A stretch of DNA of 64,000 nucleotides from Patescibacteria group bacterium UBA1406 (GTDB lineage: Bacteria > Patescibacteriota > Microgenomatia > UBA1406): NCBI GenBank assembly GCA_002305675.1, contig DBQA01000001.1, positions 189 to 64,188 on the forward strand, written 5' to 3'. A model generated the notes under the pieces. The model did not search any database, had not been told where the DNA came from, and saw only the letters and a list, made by a program, of their open reading frames with translations. Below are positions 60,863 through 64,000 of the stretch, piece by piece (position 1 is the first letter of the stretch; each line of letters starts with the position of its first letter). The position numbers and the translations under genes are program-made.

Positions 60863-61884
60863 AAAAACTGACCATAGCTTTCCTCTACAACATCAGGCAT
60901 GTCTACCCGGACCCCGGGGACGCAGCGGCACATAACCAAGCCGACTACGACGACCCGCCGACCATCCAGCACATGACCAGGCACCTGACAGAGATGGGTT
61001 ACGAGGTCATCCCCATAGAAGCCAATGAGGATGCCTATTTCAAGCTGCATCAGAACCGTGACCGGATAGGCCTGGCCTATAACTACTCCATGGGCCTGTA
61101 CGGAAAGTCGCGCTATGCCCATCTGCCCTCTATTCTGGAGATGCTCCGTATCCCCTACACCGGCTCCTCCCCTTTGACCCAGGCGTTAGTTTTAGATAAG
61201 GCCAAGATGCAGGAGGTTTTGAAAGCGAGCGGCGTCCCCACCCTGCCGTCGCAGGTATTCAGGAAGGCCGACGAACCTCTATCCCCGGGACTGACATACC
61301 CTTTGATCGTTAAACCCGTTTCCCAGGGTTCTTCGGCCGGTATCACCAAGGACAGCGTGGTCAACAACGCCGAAGAGCTGAGAAGGCAGGTCGGGTTCAT
61401 CCTGAAGACATTCCAGCAGCCCGCTCTGGTACAAAGGTTCCTGACGGGCCGGGAATTCTCCGTGCCTGTCTTAGGGAACCCGCCCTCGGTCATGCCTATT
61501 ATCGAACCCGTTTTCTCCAAACTGCCCGAAGGTTTTCTCCCGTTCGATTCCCTGGAGGTGAAATGGATATTCGAGGAGCAGGTCGAGGAAAACCATCTGC
61601 AGTGCCCCGCCGAACTTAACGAGGAGTTGAGGAAAGAGATAGGGACCATTGCCCTAAACGCCTGGAACGCCCTCGATATCCAGGATTATTGCCGGATGGA
61701 CATGCGGCAGGACCATATCACCGGCCGGATCTATGTCCTGGATGTCAACTCGCCCGCCGGAATGATCCCGCCGGAAGTGTCCATGTCCTCCTATTTCCCC
61801 CTCTCCGCTCGGGCAGCCGGCCTGAGCTACCAGGAACTCTTAGGTAAGATCATCGATTCCGCCCGCAAGCGCTACGGGATTTGA
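60859..61884 (+). CDS. ATP-grasp ligase, D-alanine--D-alanine-ligase-family-like (second copy)
   Basis: 341 aa. LRIPYTGSSPLTQALVLDKAKMQEVL, PLIVKPVSQGSSAGI and RMDMRQD...IYVLDVNSPAG. 4-nt overlap with the preceding gene. Confidence 0.75.
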   Translation: MKKLTIAFLYNIRHVYPDPGDAAAHNQADYDDPPTIQHMTRHLTEMGYEVIPIEANEDAYFKLHQNRDRIGLAYNYSMGLYGKSRYAHLPSILEMLRIPYTGSSPLTQALVLDKAKMQEVLKASGVPTLPSQVFRKADEPLSPGLTYPLIVKPVSQGSSAGITKDSVVNNAEELRRQVGFILKTFQQPALVQRFLTGREFSVPVLGNPPSVMPIIEPVFSKLPEGFLPFDSLEVKWIFEEQVEENHLQCPAELNEELRKEIGTIALNAWNALDIQDYCRMDMRQDHITGRIYVLDVNSPAGMIPPEVSMSSYFPLSARAAGLSYQELLGKIIDSARKRYGI

Positions 61885-61912
61885 TAAAATACTGATATCG
61901 ACGTCTCTTCTC

Positions 61913-61983
61913 GCGGGTGTAGTTCAATGGTAGAACGAATCCCTTCCAAGGATTAGACGAGGGTTCGATTCCCTTCACCCGCT
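61913..61983 (+). tRNA. tRNA-Gly (anticodon TCC)
   Basis: Hand-folded. Acceptor GCGGGTG/CACCCGC. D-arm GTTC/GAAC. Anticodon stem AATCC/GGATT with loop CTTCCAA. T-arm GAGGGTTCGATTCCCTT. No encoded CCA. Confidence 0.9.
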
Positions 61984-61992
61984 CAAAATCCC

Positions 61993-62021
61993 TTGCATCG
62001 GGATACCGCTTGGGCTATAAT
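61993..62021 (+). promoter_or_regulatory. Promoter TTGCAT-N17-TATAAT immediately upstream of the 5S rRNA
   Basis: TTGCAT 61993-98 and TATAAT 62016-21. The predicted start, about 7 nt downstream, coincides with the 5' end of 5S helix I. Confidence 0.6.
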
Positions 62022-62028
62022 ATCCTTT

Positions 62029-62147
62029 GCTCTGGTTATTTGAGCGGCCTGGAACCACCTCTTCCCATTCCGAACAGAGTCGTGAAACGGGCCAGCGCTG
62101 ACGATACTTAGGACTTGTTTCTAGGGACAATAAGTCATAGCCAGGGC
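62029..62147 (+). rRNA. rrf: 5S ribosomal RNA (stand-alone, no 16S/23S in the window)
   Basis: The core CCCATTCCGAACAGAGTCGTGAAACGGGCCAGCGCTGACGATACT matches the universal bacterial 5S loop B/C-helix III/IV region. Helix I pairs CTGGTTAT with ATAGCCAG. Followed by T7. Confidence 0.85.
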
Positions 62148-62164
62148 TTTTTTTATGGCCTCGG

Positions 62165-63787
62165 TCAGACGATGACCGGAATGATCTGGGGGCTTCTCTC
62201 CATATGGGAGTTTATAAAGCCCGAAAGCTCTGTCACCAACTGCTCCTCCAGGCCTTTCCGGCCCTTGTTCTGCCGGATGATCCGGCCGGCCAGTTTCTCT
62301 ATCTCCTGGAAAAGGTCCTTTTCGTGGAAGATAAATCCTTTGGAAATGAGCTTGATTTCCTTGTCATTGACGATAATTACGAGCACCCCCTCCTTGCCCA
62401 GGCTTTCGCGCTCGTTCAGGATGGTCTGCCCCACGTCGCCGATAGACCGGCCGTCCACCAGCATGTCCCTGACGGGGATCCGTTTCTCCGTATACACCCT
62501 GCCCTTCTCCACCACCAAGGGTTCGCCGTCGTGCAGGCGGAAGACATCCTCATCGCGATAGCCGGCATCCTCCATGACATCGGCATAGGCACGGGCATGC
62601 TTGACGGTGGTCCCGATGGGAACCAGGTACTTAGGCTTGGTCAGGCGCACTAAGAGCTTATGGTCGCCCTGTGAACCGTGACCGGAAGCATGGAGCTGAT
62701 CACGGACGGCGGTATAGATGACGTCCGCCCCCCTTTCGATAATGTTCTCGATCACTTCCGTGACATTTGCCTCGTTGCCGGGGATGGGGTCCGAGGAGAA
62801 CAGGAACCGGTCGGTCTTTTGCAGCTTGATGGTCCTGTGCCGACCCGACGCTATCCTGTCCAGGGCAGACCCGAACTCTCCCTGAGAGCCGGTCAGGATG
62901 ACACAGACATTCTTCGGGTTCAATTTGCTCGTCGCCTCTTCGGAAATGACATGCTCCCGGTTCAGCCGCAGATATCCCTCGCTGAGGGCGATCTCGGTGT
63001 TCCTCTTCATGGTCCGGCCGACAAAACAGACCTTGCGGTTGAATTTCATGGCCGCATCCACGCACTGCTTGATGCGGGACAGGTTCGAGGCGAAGGTGGT
63101 CATGAAGAACCGTCCCTTCGTTTTTCTCATCTCTTCCTCGAACGTTTCACCGACGATCATTTCGGACAGGGTAAAACCCTCTCTTTCCGAACCCAGGGCA
63201 TCGGACAGAAGTACGTCCACTCCCCGGCCGCCGCTCCTGACTATCTCCGCAAAATCGGGCGGTTCGCCGTAAACAGGCGTCAGGTCGAATTTATAATCCG
63301 AACCGTGATAGACGTTCCCCGCCGGCGTTTCGATAAAGATGTGGGTGGTGTCCGGAATGGAATGCGTCATATTAATGTATCTGGCCTTTATGCTGCCGAA
63401 TTCATAGTCGTACCGGTGCTTGATGATATTGACCCTGGCCTTCTCGATGGCCAGTTCCGCCAGCTTTTCCTTTATCAGGAGGGCCGCAAGCTTGGGCGCA
63501 AACACGGGCGGAAAGTTGAGTTGCGGCAATATGAACGGTACGGCGCCGATATGGTCGTCGTGGCCGTGGGTGATCAGTAGCGCCCTGATCAGGTGCAGCT
63601 TATCCTTGAGGTAGCTGACATCGGGGATGACGAAATCCACCCCAAGCTTCTGGAGCTCGGAGAGGAAACCCACCCCGCAGTCTACGAGGACGATATCCTT
63701 GATCGCACCGCCTTCGCGGTACTCGTAGACGAACATGTTTTTTGTAACATTGGATTGACCCCCTAGGGGGATAATTCTTAATTGCAT
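62165..63787 (-). CDS. rnj: Ribonuclease J (beta-CASP metallo-beta-lactamase)
   Basis: 540 aa. LITHGHDDHIGAVPF motif II and beta-CASP region with ...HASGHGSQGD... Length is typical of RNase J. Confidence 0.9.
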   Translation of the reverse strand: MQLRIIPLGGQSNVTKNMFVYEYREGGAIKDIVLVDCGVGFLSELQKLGVDFVIPDVSYLKDKLHLIRALLITHGHDDHIGAVPFILPQLNFPPVFAPKLAALLIKEKLAELAIEKARVNIIKHRYDYEFGSIKARYINMTHSIPDTTHIFIETPAGNVYHGSDYKFDLTPVYGEPPDFAEIVRSGGRGVDVLLSDALGSEREGFTLSEMIVGETFEEEMRKTKGRFFMTTFASNLSRIKQCVDAAMKFNRKVCFVGRTMKRNTEIALSEGYLRLNREHVISEEATSKLNPKNVCVILTGSQGEFGSALDRIASGRHRTIKLQKTDRFLFSSDPIPGNEANVTEVIENIIERGADVIYTAVRDQLHASGHGSQGDHKLLVRLTKPKYLVPIGTTVKHARAYADVMEDAGYRDEDVFRLHDGEPLVVEKGRVYTEKRIPVRDMLVDGRSIGDVGQTILNERESLGKEGVLVIIVNDKEIKLISKGFIFHEKDLFQEIEKLAGRIIRQNKGRKGLEEQLVTELSGFINSHMERSPQIIPVIV

Positions 63788-63830
63788 AACTATAGTATAA
63801 CTAACTTCATAATTTTTGTCTTAGAGTGAC

Positions 63831-64000
63831 CTGAGCAGTTTGTCGAGATCGCCGGTAATTATCCGGTCCAGGTTGTGGAAGCTCTTCCCCGCCCGATGGT
63901 CCGTCAGGCGGTTCTGGGGAAAGTTATAGGTCCGTATCTTTTCCGATCTCTCGCCGTGCCCGGCGGTCTGGGAAAAGGCTGAAATGACACCCTTTCTCTT
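63831..64000 (-). CDS. prfA: Peptide chain release factor 1, C-terminal fragment (5' part outside the window)
   Basis: My own minus-strand translation: ...[50 protein letters not shown]. It matches the RF1 RTYNFPQxRxTDHR region. Confidence 0.85.

Overview
A densely coding 64-kb bacterial chromosome segment, mid-50s % GC by eye. I cannot assign a taxon from the sequence alone. Housekeeping genes: dnaB, RNase J, the prfA 3' end, ychF, tgt, queA, a xerC/D-like recombinase, yebC, a dksA/traR-like zinc finger, tRNA-Leu(TAG), tRNA-Gly(TCC) and a stand-alone 5S rRNA with its own promoter. Much of the window is glycan machinery. This includes three or four GT-C-type membrane transferases, a GT2, and a gmd-mazG-galE-kinase-GT4-AlkP operon. 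A 21.5-32.5 kb block encodes a complete ADP-heptose pathway (hldE, gmhB, and gmhA fused to a GT4), three GT9 heptosyltransferases and an MsbA-like ABC exporter. The most interesting locus is 14.2-21.4 kb. Two tandem, divergent paralogs of the GCS2 (YbdK-type) carboxylate-amine ligase superfamily each have their own sigma70-like promoter. Each promoter is followed by a near-leaderless mini-ORF and a three-helix terminator/antiterminator switch that ends 11 nt before the start codon. One leader peptide is Ile/Leu/Val-rich (MKFRVLSVIILVLLITA). The other carries a Phe run (MITASTSFGFFFFFTPQMAG). The two antiterminator helices differ by compensatory changes. This reads as classical ribosome-mediated attenuation attached to uncharacterised enzymes, next to two unknown genes and an M20 peptidase. 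Upstream lies an ~850-nt GC-rich, hairpin-dense stretch that is either a novel small protein gene with a long structured leader or an ncRNA. A second candidate system at 57.8-61.9 kb is a papain/C39-like peptidase followed by three ATP-grasp ligases in one operon. Other observations: many genes have a -10 box 6-9 nt before the ATG, which suggests leaderless mRNAs. There is also an ~840-bp AT-rich intergenic region with TATAGGATA direct repeats inside nested inverted repeats. All calls rest on reading the sequence and ORF translations by eye; no database searches were run.
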